Of a DNA stretch of 64,000 nucleotides, positions 12,286-24,970 are shown in pieces (positions within the stretch are counted from its first letter, which is position 1; the number at the start of each line of letters is the position of its first letter). The position numbers and the translations under genes are program-made. The notes below the pieces were generated by a model that saw only the letters and a program-made list of their open reading frames with translations, did no database searches and was not told the DNA's origin. The stretch is from the NCBI GenBank assembly GCA_964016885.1, contig OZ024740.1, positions 352,284,001 through 352,348,000 of the forward strand, given 5' to 3'. The DNA is from Eledone cirrhosa. Taxonomy: Eukaryota.

Positions 12286-14626
12286 CTGTAATAAAAAAAA
12301 TTAAAAAAAACACACAAGATATAATGCACAATAAAGTGATGACATGATTGTTGTAGAAAAGTTATTTAATCACATGTATTGAAGATTAGAATAACCAAAA
12401 AGAATCTGAACATATTTACAGGGAAATTTACACATGAATGATGTACAAATGAGCAGAAAGAAAAACTGGATACGAGAGGAATCAGTTTTGATACAGGCAT
12501 GTGATGCATATGGAGGAAAGCAGCCAGTGCATGGATTGAACTTGTAGAGGAGGGAGTACCAGGAAGACATGGGAGGAAAGGGTGAAGACTGGTTTTAGGA
12601 TGCTGAGCCTTGTGAAAAACATGACATGATTGCAGTAACTGATGAGACACTGTTGGAGAAGACCTACCCACTCATGCAAGTGTGGTGAAATGAACATTAA
12701 CGTAGTGATGGAGGCTGTGAGACATAATGTATCTATATTTCGGCTTCTCTAATATATCCCTATTAAGTCTCTATCTGCTGCTGCTTTCCTCACCTTTACC
12801 ATATCTTCTCATTTCTCTATCACATACTCTTTCCTTTCACTGTACCATATTGCCTTTGTAGAGATGGCATTGGATCTGTTATCTCTGACACACACACACA
12901 CTCCAATTCAGTTTACCATACCAACTGTTCATATTGTCAATTTTTCTTTGTTTTTTGTTTGTATTTTCATTATATTCTTTTTTATTCAACCAAATCAAAT
13001 TTTAAAAAAATCTTTTTATAATTTTTTTTTAATTTTAACTAAATACCAAAAAGGAGGCATTGCTGCAATCTATATTTAATCCCCCATACTTAATCACTCT
13101 ACTTCTCTCTCTCCCATCACGGCTGTCTGTACCCAATACATCCTACCACCACTCTTTCTGTTTGCCAGCCAACACTCTCTTCCCCAGTTCACTTGTTAAT
13201 GACATCCATTACTTTCTCACCTGCAAACATGTCCCCACCATCACTCTCACATATATTACTCCTTTGAACTCTGTCTCTTTTCCATTTGTCTCCTTTCTGT
13301 CACCCTCTCATCCCAATCACTCTGTTTCTCATCACACACACTGATCCAACTTCTGTTATTGATTTTTCTTCTATTCACCTTTTTGAATGAAGACAAGCAT
13401 TGATACCACGATAAAATGCACCCGATATAAAGTAGTAGGCAAACGAAGGTTCGAGAGGATCCTTTAGTCCTGTTGAGGATATGACACCCTCTAGTGTTGG
13501 CACTAAGATAGTATGCACACAATACACTCAATAGAAGCCATGGCGAAATTAGCACATACAAGCAAGACGGGCCCCCCAACCTTAGAAAACAGTAACTCAA
13601 AATAAGAGCTTGGCCTGTGATAATCCATGCCAATATGGAAAAAAGACGTAAAAATTATGACGATGGCCCAAACTTTGGTTGTCTTTCCAGATGTGTATCA
13701 TAATCAATTCTTGGAGCTAAAACATCTGATATTGGATACACACACACACATTCCAGAGTCGGAATCGTTGCACAAGTGTGCGTGTGTATGTATGTATGTA
13801 TGTATGTTGTAGAAGTCGAAAATGACAACTTTAATTCCTTCCTTTTCTCAATAACTTCTAAACATGACTGAAACTTAAACAATTAAACTAAAATTTCTTT
13901 TAGAAGTAAATTTTGATAACCAACAAAAGAAAACAAATATTTTAAATATCTGGTTTTCATCTACATAAGTAACATTAACATAGTTAACATAACTCCTCCT
14001 AATGAAAAAGGAATTACTTTATGTTGGTGTGGAAGGATTAGTGCCGGAAAAAACATTTCCTCAGAATTTAACTTGCCTCAAAGTATTTAGTTAACCCCTA
14101 AGATATGATGTGCGACCGATTGTCGCAGTTGGTGGTGAATCCCCCCCCCCCCCATCTTGAATGTTTTGGGGGTTTTTTAAATCTCTTTTATGCGTTTATA
14201 TTTGTATATATCATTTGTGTTTGTGTTTTCATTCTGTAAGCATTATATTATATTTTTATACAACTGTGAATAAAAAATTTACTATTCACTAAATTACCAT
14301 ATTTCCAAGTGTCGAAGACTCTCTGACGTCGTGGACACACCCTCATTTTGAGTTGATAAATTTCCAAAGGTTTAATATAAAATGGCTAACGAAATCTTCG
14401 GCATCTAAAACGTCTAAATTTTCCAGGCTTATATTTTTTTCTTTTTTAGGGAAACAAAATTAGCGTCTACTACGACGGGAAATGTGGTAATTACATAATA
14501 GAAATTAGAGAAAAATGTAGAACTCTAAAAACATGGTAAGGAGGACGAATGGTGTAGAGAAAGTATAAATATAAAGACATTTTCGATTAAAGAAACATCT
14601 ACTGTGTAGATATTAATGATACTTAC
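12286..14626 (-). other. Predicted 5'-UTR intron of ZNF gene 1
   Basis: Minus-strand donor TTAT|GTAAGT (plus-strand acttac at 14621-14626) and acceptor TTTTATTACAG| at 12286. Both sites are conserved at equivalent positions in the paralog. Confidence 0.7.
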
Positions 14627-14935
14627 ATAATAAAGTAGTTATAAGATGAAAAAATGAGATGAATTGAAGCAGTGAAACTTGAAATTGACAGATTCAAAAG
14701 AACCGTTAACTATTTGTTCATAGAATATCTCTATTTCTCAAGTTAATGGAGGATCGCTTAAATATATCAGCTATCTAGTTATTACCGAGACAGTTTAAAT
14801 AAATGTAAAGAAAGAACAAGGAATGAATTGTTAAGAGATTTGGTAAACAAGTGATGCTGTCATAACGGAAGTTACAGTTATCGTAATGCTATAACTAACC
14901 TTTAATCAGTAGAGATTACTACAAGAAGATTCTGG
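14627..14935 (-). promoter_or_regulatory. Predicted non-coding exon 1 and promoter of ZNF gene 1
   Basis: Alignable with 24673-24970, 37476-37850 and 44622-44905. Conserved CATAACGGAAGT (ETS-like CGGAAGT) and AATCAGTA(G/A)AGA blocks. Confidence 0.6.
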
Positions 14936-14989
14936 TTTAATGTTATTGTTTTTAGTTGGTATTTTTGTTAGTTTTTTTTAGGGGGAAGG

Positions 14990-15420
14990 GTAAGTGCTCA
15001 TATCTTTCGGAAGCCTTTCAAGGCTGATGAGATTTATGTCGATAACATTCGGCTTAAACTGTGACAGGGTGGAAAAGCATGGGTAGTGAGGGGGGACCGG
15101 GTGTAGTGGTTAGAGCCGTGTCTGGACTTTCGGACACAAATGAGCGGTGAGAGTAGAGAGGAATGAATCGTGTGTGTTTAAACGGAGGTACCACGAGACC
15201 AGCTAGCTCGATGGGGTCAGGGGACATTACAGTAGCAGTAGATGAATCAAAGAGAGGAAATAACACATCTCTACGCCAGAGAGTTGCGCGACTAAACATA
15301 GATCAATCTTTCCAGTTATACTGCGCCCACAGCCAGCTGAAGGTGATGGGTCACACCCTTCGATGGTGAATTGTATAGGGTGCTATGTGAGAGTTTGTAG
15401 GTTTTGTACATTTTCCACTG
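14990..15420 (-). mobile_element. CR1/L2/jockey-group LINE 3' fragment
   Basis: LWRRDV...IELAGLVVPPFKHTR resembles the LxHRRDV..SELxxLVPP C-terminus of this group. Confidence 0.5.
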
Positions 15421-15940
15421 TCAAGTCTATTTCTTTCTGATTACAGATTCAGGTGACCATAGCAATTGCGGGCAAGGTGGGGCCGGTCAAAATGAGATAG
15501 TTGCTGTTCCTCTGTACATATTGTTGATCGTGTGCATCCGCCAGTTTTCACAACTGGTTGGGTTATGTTGTGTGTATGTGGTTTGTTATTGTTGATGTGT
15601 TTTTTGTTTGTTTGTTTTTTTGTTGTTGTTTGGTTTTTTTTGGGGGGGGGGTCTTTGTCTAAGCTGAGGAGGAGAGTGTTTTAGAATGGTGTTGTTGTGT
15701 TCTAATTGTTATACAAGTTTAGATGTAAGCGCACTTGTTATTTTCCAAACAACACTTGATAAATAATGAGAAAGTTAGTTATATTATTAAATCCTTTCTA
15801 ATTCTTGATTATTTCCAAAGTTAATTGATAATCACAGGCAGTATCATTCATTAGAAACATGGTAATGGATGAGTTACTGTATATATTCTTGGTTACACTC
15901 TTATTCTTAAAAGAACGTAGAAACAATTATTACTTTCTAA

Positions 15941-16133
15941 TGGCGGTGGATTGGTAGTATCGGTAGAGGGTTGGACACCATGCTTTGACGCATAGAGTTA
16001 CGGCCCTTGTCATTCTGAGTTCAAATCCCGCCGAGGTTAACTTTGCCTTTCATCCTTACGGCGTCGATAAAATAAAGTACCAGTAATGCACTGAGTAATT
16101 GCTGGCTTTGTGCCAAAAGTAGAAACAATTATT
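15941..16133 (+). mobile_element. tRNA-derived SINE family A (Meta-domain-like). Further copies near 1190-1290, 19030-19215, 21120-21232, 23855-24030, 25010-25135, 27365-27552, 37500-37670, 56263-56390
   Basis: A box TGGTAGTATCGG, B box GAGTTCAAATCC, central GCCTTTCATCC..GTCGATAAAATAAAGTACCAG, tail GTAGAAACAATTATT. Confidence 0.85.
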
Positions 16134-16859
16134 ACTTTCTAATTCGTCTGTCATACATGAGTGTGTCCGTGAAACACATACACAAGGTCCAAACACAAAA
16201 GAACCTAACTCCCACTGTCACTGCCTGCGTCTCTCCCGCTCTCCCCATCTCTCGCTATTATGAGCAAATGGGTGGAGCAGGGCACGCGCTGGCGGCCCCA
16301 CGGCTTCGGCGGAACGAATGGAAAATACTTTTTTAATATAGTGGTAAAACTGAAGTTTGAATCTTGTTGTGGCAACAAACTGTGCCCCTCACATATCCAG
16401 TTGGGTTATGTACAACCTGTGATGATGCATGCAGTGTTTTGTATATTTTTCAGTTTATTGTAATCGATGATGAGGTGGAGGGGCATAGACCATGATGTTG
16501 CTCATTTGTTTGTTTCTTTCTGGTAGATTAACAAACTTGTGAGTGCTATAATTATTTGTATCATTTTGCATATGTATGGGAACATAAATCGTGGTGGAGT
16601 TGTAGGGGTACCGCTGTGTCTTAGACACTTCAAAATTTATTTTATCCAGTATAATTGTCCATTTTTTAACATAGCAGGGTTTTATTTGAAAAGGGTTTTG
16701 GTTGCATTTTCTGCAAGGCGAGCAACTATGTAGAGGTTACTTCACTGGCTCTATAGGAAAATGTAATTATCATTTGTAATCTACTAAAAATACTTCTCTA
16801 CCCAATGCAGAGGAGTAGAAGATAATTTAATACTTGGGCCTGACCAACCACTTCCTCTT

Positions 16860-17030
16860 TGTACCAGTCTCCATTGAGATCTGTGGTGTGGCTATTGCAG
16901 CAGGGGTGGTCTCTGGCCATTCACCATGGTAATGCTATTACCATTTTGTCCGCATGTCACAGCTGAGGCACCGCTCAGACTGGGGTGTAGTGTCTGTCCC
17001 TCCCCCTCTCCCTTTGCTTAATTCTTTTTC
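16860..17030 (+). mobile_element. CRE-like 3'-end copy (a third, more decayed copy at about 22560-22740)
   Basis: Homologous to 2650-2770 (ggctattgcag..ggtaatgctattaccattttg..cagctgag..ctcagactggggtgtag). Confidence 0.55.
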
Positions 17031-17184
17031 TTCTTTTCATTTCTTTGTTCCCTTTAACAGTGGGTTTTATTTTTGTATAAACAGCTTTGTAAAATAAAAT
17101 GGAGACTATTTGTTGCTGTAGATAATTTTTTAAAAAATAATTTATAATTGTTACAAATGTAAACAGACATTTATTTAATAATCC

Positions 17185-17716
17185 TCATCATCATGACTTG
17201 GCTTCATGAATGAAAATTAAGAAGAGGGTGGTCCATGTGTACTGCAGGCACTATCATGGCTGTTCAAGTCAATGCGGGGCAGGCAAGCATGGCTGCAGCT
17301 GAAGGTCTGATCAGGGTTTGATGACTTGGTGTTGTGGTTCTTCCCCTTATGCCTTTTGTCCTTGAGAGGGTGGCACCGTAGATGTTTTTGAAGGAGGAGA
17401 CAGCATGGATGATGGTAAGACACCAGGCGTCATGGTTCTCAGCTAGGGTGAACCACAGGTGATGGTCGATGTGACATTCGCCAAGGGAGTTTTTTCAAAC
17501 AGTCCTTGTATTGCTTCTTCGGTGCCTCCTATGTTGCAATGATCTTGCATGATCTTGAGCAGATGATGTTCTTTCATCCTGGGGACATGCCCAGCCTAGC
17601 ATAGTTGGGATTTCAGCAGCATGTCTCTTATCACCACCTTCGACTCCTTGAGCACTTCCAACAGCGCTGCCTCCACACCATCCTCAACATCCACTGAAGT
17701 GACTTTGTCACCAATT
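17185..17716 (-). mobile_element. 5'-truncated RTE-BovB-like 3' end with a short inverted 5' segment
   Basis: Minus strand has the CSHACLPRIDLNSHDSAC zinc knuckle and a (GAT) tail. 17660-17715 reads QRCLHTILNIH*SDFVTN on the plus strand. Flanked by TTTAATAAT on both sides. Confidence 0.7.
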
Positions 17717-20007
17717 TTGTTTAATAATGTTACTATGATTATAACAGTGTTTCATAATGTTGATATTGTTATTACATACATTTGTTAGTGTTTAAGGCTT
17801 TTACTATGGTTATAACTGTCATCTATTAGTATTTAATAATGTTACTACAGCTATAAAAAAACATGTAAAAACTCAAGTTACTGACTGTATGGAATATATA
17901 TATATATTACTTGACTTAACTAAAAGCCCTAATAATACAAAGGAGTATGGTCAACTGAATTGAAACCAGGTAGTAAATACATATAATGATAAACATGTCT
18001 AGCTTGATAAAAATCAGAATATTATCTACTGGGAAATATAAACTACACAATCAGTGTGTGATAAGTACCAAGTAAAGCCAACATCATCATCATCGTTTAA
18101 CATCCATCTTCCACCCTAACATCAACTGACATCCCACAATAAAACATAATGAAGAGCACAACTAAGTTTGGAAACATCATCTTTAATATGAGCATCTGCT
18201 GTCATGAATATTGAGAATGAAACTTAACATTCCCGTTGACTGGAAATAGTTATAATACTAACTATATCAACAATCTGCCAATTCACTGCCTTTGATGATA
18301 AATATTAGAGATCAACTTATCCTAAATATTTCTAATATATTTTGATGTTTTATCTTCAGTCCAGGATAATATTAACATTCATCTGTACAACCACATATCT
18401 AATGATTATTATCATTAATATTCACATTTCTGCTCCATATATGAGAGTTAACCATAGATAACATTTTAATCGCCACAATAATGATTATATTTAGTATTTA
18501 CCAATTATTTTCCTATACATACTTCACCATCAAATTTTTCATCTAATTTCATTCCTTCCACTTTCTTTAACAATTGTGAATATATTATTTTATATCTAGT
18601 TCATCAATTTCCATTCTAAAATGATAAAACACATCCATTCCAGCATGTAAAGTAGTAGTGTTGGTGTCACAATAAAATGCATCTAGTCCACCCTGTAAGG
18701 TGATAGTGATGGTGCCACAACAAAAAGCACCCAGTCTACTCTGTAAGATGGTAGTACTGGTGCCATGAAAAAAGCTCCCAGTGCAGAGTGTGAAGTAGTG
18801 GTATTAGGAAGGGCATCCAGCCATAGAAAACTAAACTAAAAATGGAACATACAAGCAAGACATGGTCACCTGACCTGTCTGGACTTATAATGTGCCAACC
18901 CAACTAACACATGTAAGCATGGAAAATAGTCATAGTGATGATGATAATGATGTATGATAGTAACTCTTTTGTTAACATATTTCTAATGAAAACCACTGCT
19001 TATGATGTTTCAAATAATCATTATTAAGCTGTTAGTGGATTGGCAGTATCGGTGGACGCCATGCTTTGCAGTACAGAATTACGGCCCTTTACGTTCTGAG
19101 TTCAAATCCCGCCGAAGTTAACTTTGCCTTTCATCCTTAAGAGGTCGATAAAATAAAGTACCAGTAATGCACTGAAATAATTGCTAGCCTTTTGCCAAAA
19201 GTAGAAACAATTATTAAGCTGGTGTTTGGACCATACATTTCTTACATAAAATTATGATGGAAAGCTTTCAGATAAATATAAACATTTTAAAACAGTTTCA
19301 GGCAGTTTGATATCAAAAGGGTTAATAACCACCCTTAGTTTTTTTTCTTATTTACAATCTTTGATCTTGTTTCTATGATAGTCACTCTCATTCCATATGG
19401 AATTTTATTTATCAAGTACTTCAGTCATATTATCATGTTAATATTTTTTTTACATCACCAGTCATACATTCTTATTAACTCTCATAAACTGCATGATGTC
19501 TCTAACATTTAATCCTCGTTTCTAAAAAAAATGACTAATGAAGATCAATAAAAAATATATATACACTTAAATATTATTGGCGTATTGATTATAAATTGAT
19601 AGTTTCTGAGTATGTCAATATAAATGTTGGTTAGATATTATACATGTAAAATGAGAATTTCTGCATAATATTAGCTACAGCTCTGTGTGAATTCAATAGA
19701 CATCAATGATATATAGTTTCTTCAATAACATTTAGAAATATACTGAACTACTATATCTTCTCTATCAACAATACAAATGTACCATTTTAATGAGAAAACT
19801 TGGCTGCCAACTATAACATCTATAGATACAGAATAAGTATAACATACACTGCACAAAAAATATAAATAAATAAATACTGGGGGTTACTGAAATGTTCTAG
19901 CAGGTACATTGTCATCCAGTAGAGTTCTGTTGTGGCTTAGTTAAATATCATTATGTGGTAAACCCTCAAAGGCCCCACAACATCTGATGATCAGTAATAG
20001 CAACACT

Positions 20008-20115
20008 ATATAAAGGATGTCCCAAAAAAATGTATACAAACTTTGATTACCTGTACAGGCAATATTTATTAGAATGCTATTGAAGTGTGTATACATTTTG
20101 GGCACCCTGAATATA
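20008..20115. mobile_element. Tiny Tc1/mariner-type MITE
   Basis: Imperfect TIRs aggatgtcccaaaaaaatgtatacaaactt / aagtgtgtatacattttgggcaccctg, with TA flanks. Confidence 0.55.
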
Positions 20116-21303
20116 GCATGACGCAAAACCTTTAGGGTCAGTAAATACTCCAGTCCTAGTTGTTGACCCTCTAAAAATGTTCTGTAAGACTGACATTGTT
20201 GTACAGCTCACATATACAGACAGTGCTACTACTACACACACATATATCCTAGAATATTTCTAAAACAAGACCATTTGATTGATTGGCAATGATTCAATCA
20301 CTAGCATACTACTATTAATAACTCATAAAAACTTGAAAAAAAGGCTGGCATGACCATAGCTGGAATGGTTTTCATATGTCTGCTCACTTAATCACAGATT
20401 AACTTATTTAGTGACAACAGGATTGTTATAATGTACTGGGTCAAGTTGCAGAAAATATTTCAAACATAAATTCTTCTCTGTAGAGTGGTCGTATCAGAGT
20501 CACAACAAAAAGCACCCAGCCCACACTGTAAAGTGGTCATATAGGAGTCACGACAAAAAGCACCTAACCCACACTGTATAGTAGTCATGACAAAAAGCAC
20601 CCAGTCCACACTGTAAATGTTTATGGCATTAGGAAGGGCATGTAGAAATTTGGCCAAAAACAGTTCTGTATCAACAAGACATGGTCACCTGACCCAACTT
20701 GCCTCAAATGAGACAACCCGTCTAACCCATGCTAGCGTTAAACGATGATGATGATGATAAATGAATGGTTCCGAGTATAAAAATCTAAAAGACAACATAG
20801 CAAACATCTAAGAGGAAGTTAGTTATAGACTGTATGGAAACCTAGTAACAGGAGAAGTGGCTTGCTTAACATGTAGGAAGGATTTAGATAATGCATACAA
20901 TGGGTCACAAAAAGCAGACAAAAAAAAATACAATGGGATCTCAGACTGTCAGGACATTAAGATATTGCTTATGATGCTGACAGTAATATGTTGAGATTCA
21001 TTCATACAAATGCATGATGTATGTTCATGATAATAAGGAAACATTGTGAAAAATGAAGAACTTCATCGTCGAAGCAGTAAGAATTAATAGTATGAATAAA
21101 GATAAACTAAAGGTTTGAAATAATTGTTTCTACTTTAGGCACAAGGCCAGCAATTATCCAGTGCATTACTGGTATTTTATTTTATCGACCCCGTAAGGAT
21201 GAAAGGCAAAGTTAACCTCGGCGGGATTGAAATAATAACTTTCTTCTAGCAGAAAAGAATATAAAGGGGAACAACTTTGCTTGGCCTATTAAACGTTATA
21301 TAT

Positions 21304-21594
21304 CAGGGGTGTGCAACATTCCATTGGCGGGCCACTTTTGAACATTGGAACAACTATTAGGGCCATTAATATTTATAAAGCACTATTCCAAAGATTCACC
21401 ACTTCTTTCCATAACATGGAACTGGGAAATTATAACACATATAATCCTATCAGTTTAGGTCAACTAACAGAAAATTGTATTACAGCCTCGAAAAAAATTC
21501 TAAATAAGCCTACAAGATAAAAATTAAAAACGGCCACTCTGACTGGTCTAGCGGGCCGGATTGTATCCTGCCGTCCGCCTTTTGCACGCCCTTG
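21304..21594. mobile_element. hAT (Charlie-type) MITE
   Basis: TIRs CAGGGGTGTGCAA / TTGCACGCCCTTG. 8-bp TSD TTATATAT / TTCTATAT. Confidence 0.8.
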
Positions 21595-22999
21595 TTCTAT
21601 ATCGTCCACTCTCTATCCATTATTCCAGACGTATTTACATAATTTTTTTTTTTTTTGTAATTAACATAATACACAAATAACAATCATATGTAAAATATGT
21701 TATAGCATTTTCCCCCATATATTCCACATATATTCTCTCGTAGCATATAGGATAGTGGTTTCTGCAGATTCTTCATTTTTGCACATAAGACTACATGGTT
21801 TGTGTTTATATTTGTATGTTTGGGGGAGAGGGAGAGTTTAAAATGAAACTAATGATAATGGGGTATGTAAAAATATGCTTGGCTTTCTTGAATTACTGAA
21901 ATGAATAAGTTTGATTTTTAGCCCACCACCACCAAAAAAATATATATCAACTTGAATTTTACCACCTTCCTCATTGCATACATTTTTTAAACCCGACTCC
22001 AAATACATTTTTAGATCTAAATATGTTTGCTAGACACTTCTTAACCAAATATACACCCCAACCCACTTCCTCTACCCTCCCACCAACACCACCCTTTCTC
22101 TGTAAAGTTATGTTGGTACCACAACATCCAGTCCAAACTAATGAGGTCGTGTAGGTGTCACGACAAAAAAACACACAGTCCACACTGTAATGTGGCTGTG
22201 TACGTAACACGGTATAAAACCTCCCAGTCCACACTGTAAATGTGGTTGGTGTTAGGAAGGGCATCCAGCCGTAGAAATCCTGCCAAATACAGTCCTATAC
22301 TAGCGAGACATGGTCACACGACCAATCTTGCCTCAAGTGGGACAATTCCCGTTAGACGTTAAACAATGATGATGATGATGACTTGTAATGAAATTTTCAA
22401 CTTTGTAACTCATGTTTCCTCTATTAAAGTATGTTTCCATATATATGAGTTAGAAAGAAATGTTCCTTCATATGTTTGGATATATGGAGCAAGATAAACA
22501 GTTGAATCTCTAGCAAAGTGTAGCGAAATTTCCCAGCAAATCTTCCTTTTTTGCTAGGTCTGAGGAAGGAGCAGTTCCCATAGCCTTTTGTGTTGGTATT
22601 GTCAATGTTATCAGGTTGATTTTAGACTTCTAATGATGAATCATCATTTGCTGTTTGTCCACGGGGTGCAGCTGGGCACGGCTCTCTACTGGGATGTAGT
22701 GACTGTCCCTCCTCTTTCTGCTATTTCTTAATACTTCTTTTTTTATCTCCTTTATGTTTTCTTTTTTCTTCTTTTTTTGTACCCAAGTTATTTTCCATTC
22801 ATCTTACTTACCCTATTTATCTTCATCATTTGGCTGCTAGACTGATTTTCTATAATGTTTATTTTTAGAATTATAAAAATCAATCTTTTCTTTCATTAAA
22901 AAAAATGAACTTCGTTGTTCGTGGTCCAGCTGATTGATTCAATGCTTCTCCTCATCAAATGAATTTCAATGTATTCATTCATCTTATATTTGTTGTGTT

Positions 23000-24260
23000 C
23001 ATCTCTTCTTCTTCACCCACTTATTCCTGAGAGGGTTATGGGGCAGAGTTCTCAAACACTCCTTCCAGTGGGTCCTATCGGAAGAAGCCATCTCCAGCTG
23101 ATCTGGCTAGATCCCCAAGCAAAACCAGCCAAGCTCATGGATGTTATCCAACTATCTTGCTCAGGGTCTCCTGCTGGTTAGTTTTACCCATAAAATCTGT
23201 CCAGCGATTCTTTCCTGAGACATTCTAACCACATGCCCATAGTATCGGAGCTATGATCTCTCAATTCAGAGAAATAGCGACTCTACCTGGAGTGATTCTC
23301 TGATCCCTGAGCTAAGCACTCTATCAAGTAGGGTTACTCCAAAGACCCTTCTGAGGAACCCCATTTTGGTGGCTTGATCAAATTCTTTCGGTCATTACCC
23401 AAGATTCATGACCATAGGTAAGGGTTAGCATAAATACTGAACTGAAGATAGCGAGTTTGGCTTTTACACCCACCTCCCTTCATCCAATTACCAAACGCTG
23501 AAGCTGGTGCATTGCTGCATCAGCTCCAGTAATTCTTGCACTTAATTCAGCCTCCTACCTACCATCACTCGTGAACGCAGCCCAAGATACTTGAACTTCT
23601 CTAGCTGCTTCAGTGGAACTCCATTCATATGTAGAGTGCACTGCACAGGCTTCCTTTGGGAGGATGAGTGTCTCAGTTTCTGCAGCACTGATTTTCATTG
23701 CAGCCAAGCAGCACTCAGCATCAAACCTCTCAAGTGAAAGTCAGAGATCACCTTCTGTTGAGTTAAGTAACAACATGTCGTCTACAAATTCCAGTCAACT
23801 GATTTTACACACGCCAGTCATGATACCACTTCCAACCCTGCTGTGCATGTAAATAATGATTTCTGATTTAGGCACAAGGCCAACAATTTTGGAGGGAGAG
23901 GAAAGTCGATTAAATCGACTCCAGTGCATTAATGGAGCTTTATTTATCGACTCCATAAGGATGAAAAGCAAAGCTAACCTCGACGGAACTTGAACCCAGA
24001 ACGTAAAGGGTCGTAACTCTATGCTCAAGGCACAGGAAAGGTGACAGTACACATCCTTGGCAGAGTCCAACTCCCACATTGAATTTTTTCGATTTAGCAC
24101 CATTTATCCGGGCATGTGTATATAGACATCAGGGCAGCAAGCTGACCATCGATCCCATACTCCTGCACAAACTTCCACAGCAGGTGTCAGGAAACGGTCA
24201 TATGCCTCGACAAAACAAGAATATACCTGTTGGTAATACTCCCACAATTTCTCAATGCCC
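23000..24260 (-). mobile_element. Decayed RTE (Rex3/Expander-like) LINE interrupted by a SINE at about 23855-24030
   Basis: LTYGHESWVMTER and LKQLEKFKYLG motifs on the minus strand, (GAA) tail near 23005. Homologous to 1-560. Confidence 0.75.
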
Positions 24261-24329
24261 TTGTCGTGTTTTTGAAAATTGTTTACTATTGTTAGGCATT
24301 TAGAACATGACTTGGCAAACTCTTCCATT

Positions 24330-24590
24330 CACTAATAACTCTTGGATATTTTCTATCTACTGTTTCTTATTAGGTGTTTAACTGTAACCTCTTGCATTTT
24401 CATTTTTATGGAATAGTATACTAAGATTATATTCTGAAGTCATTTTATCATTTTAAATACATCTAGCATGCTTTCTCTCCTCTACAGTTGTAATTCCTTG
24501 ATAGTTTATTTGTTACTCTTCTCTGGATTCTTTCAATAGCTTCTATGCTCTTCGGAGATAAGGTGATCGAGCATCATGCACTGTGGATCA
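24330..24590 (-). mobile_element. CR1-like LINE fragment
   Basis: Minus strand SPYL..IEAIERIQRRVTNKL-like motif. Confidence 0.5.
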
Positions 24591-24609
24591 CGAATGGTGC
24601 AGATGAAAT

Positions 24610-24970
24610 ATAAATATAAATACGAGACATTTTCGATATAAGAAATATCCAAAATATATTAATGATACTTACATAATAATGCACTTTCAAAATAAATTAA
24701 TTAGAGATGTACTGAAATAGTGGGACTTGGAATTGATTGATCCACGAGTACTTTCAACTACTTTTTTTTTAACTGAATATATCTATTTTCATCTGGTTCG
24801 TGAAAGCAGTAATTAGTTCGTAAGACAATGTAAATAATGTGCAAAGAAAGAACAACAGATGCATAATAGTTAAAGATAAAATATACGATTGACGATTACA
24901 TAACGGAAGTATCGGCTGTCGTATGCAAAGAACTCGCCTCCAATCAGTAAAGAGTGCTATACAGTTTCTC
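24610..24970 (-). promoter_or_regulatory. Orphan copy of the ZNF promoter/exon-1 module
   Basis: gagacattttcgat..aatgatacttacataat (donor at 24667-24672), aaagaaagaacaa, cataacggaagt and caatcagtaaagagtgc all match the modules of the two ZNF genes. Confidence 0.7.

Noticed and set aside
14619-14630. ATACTTAC resembling the 5' end of U1 snRNA (also at 24665 and 44614)
   Set aside because: It continues ATAAT rather than CTGG and has no U1 body. Better explained as a minus-strand GTAAGTAT splice donor.
15941-16035. tRNA gene (A and B boxes); also 54686-54755
   Set aside because: No convincing cloverleaf, and it continues into a multicopy SINE body and tail.
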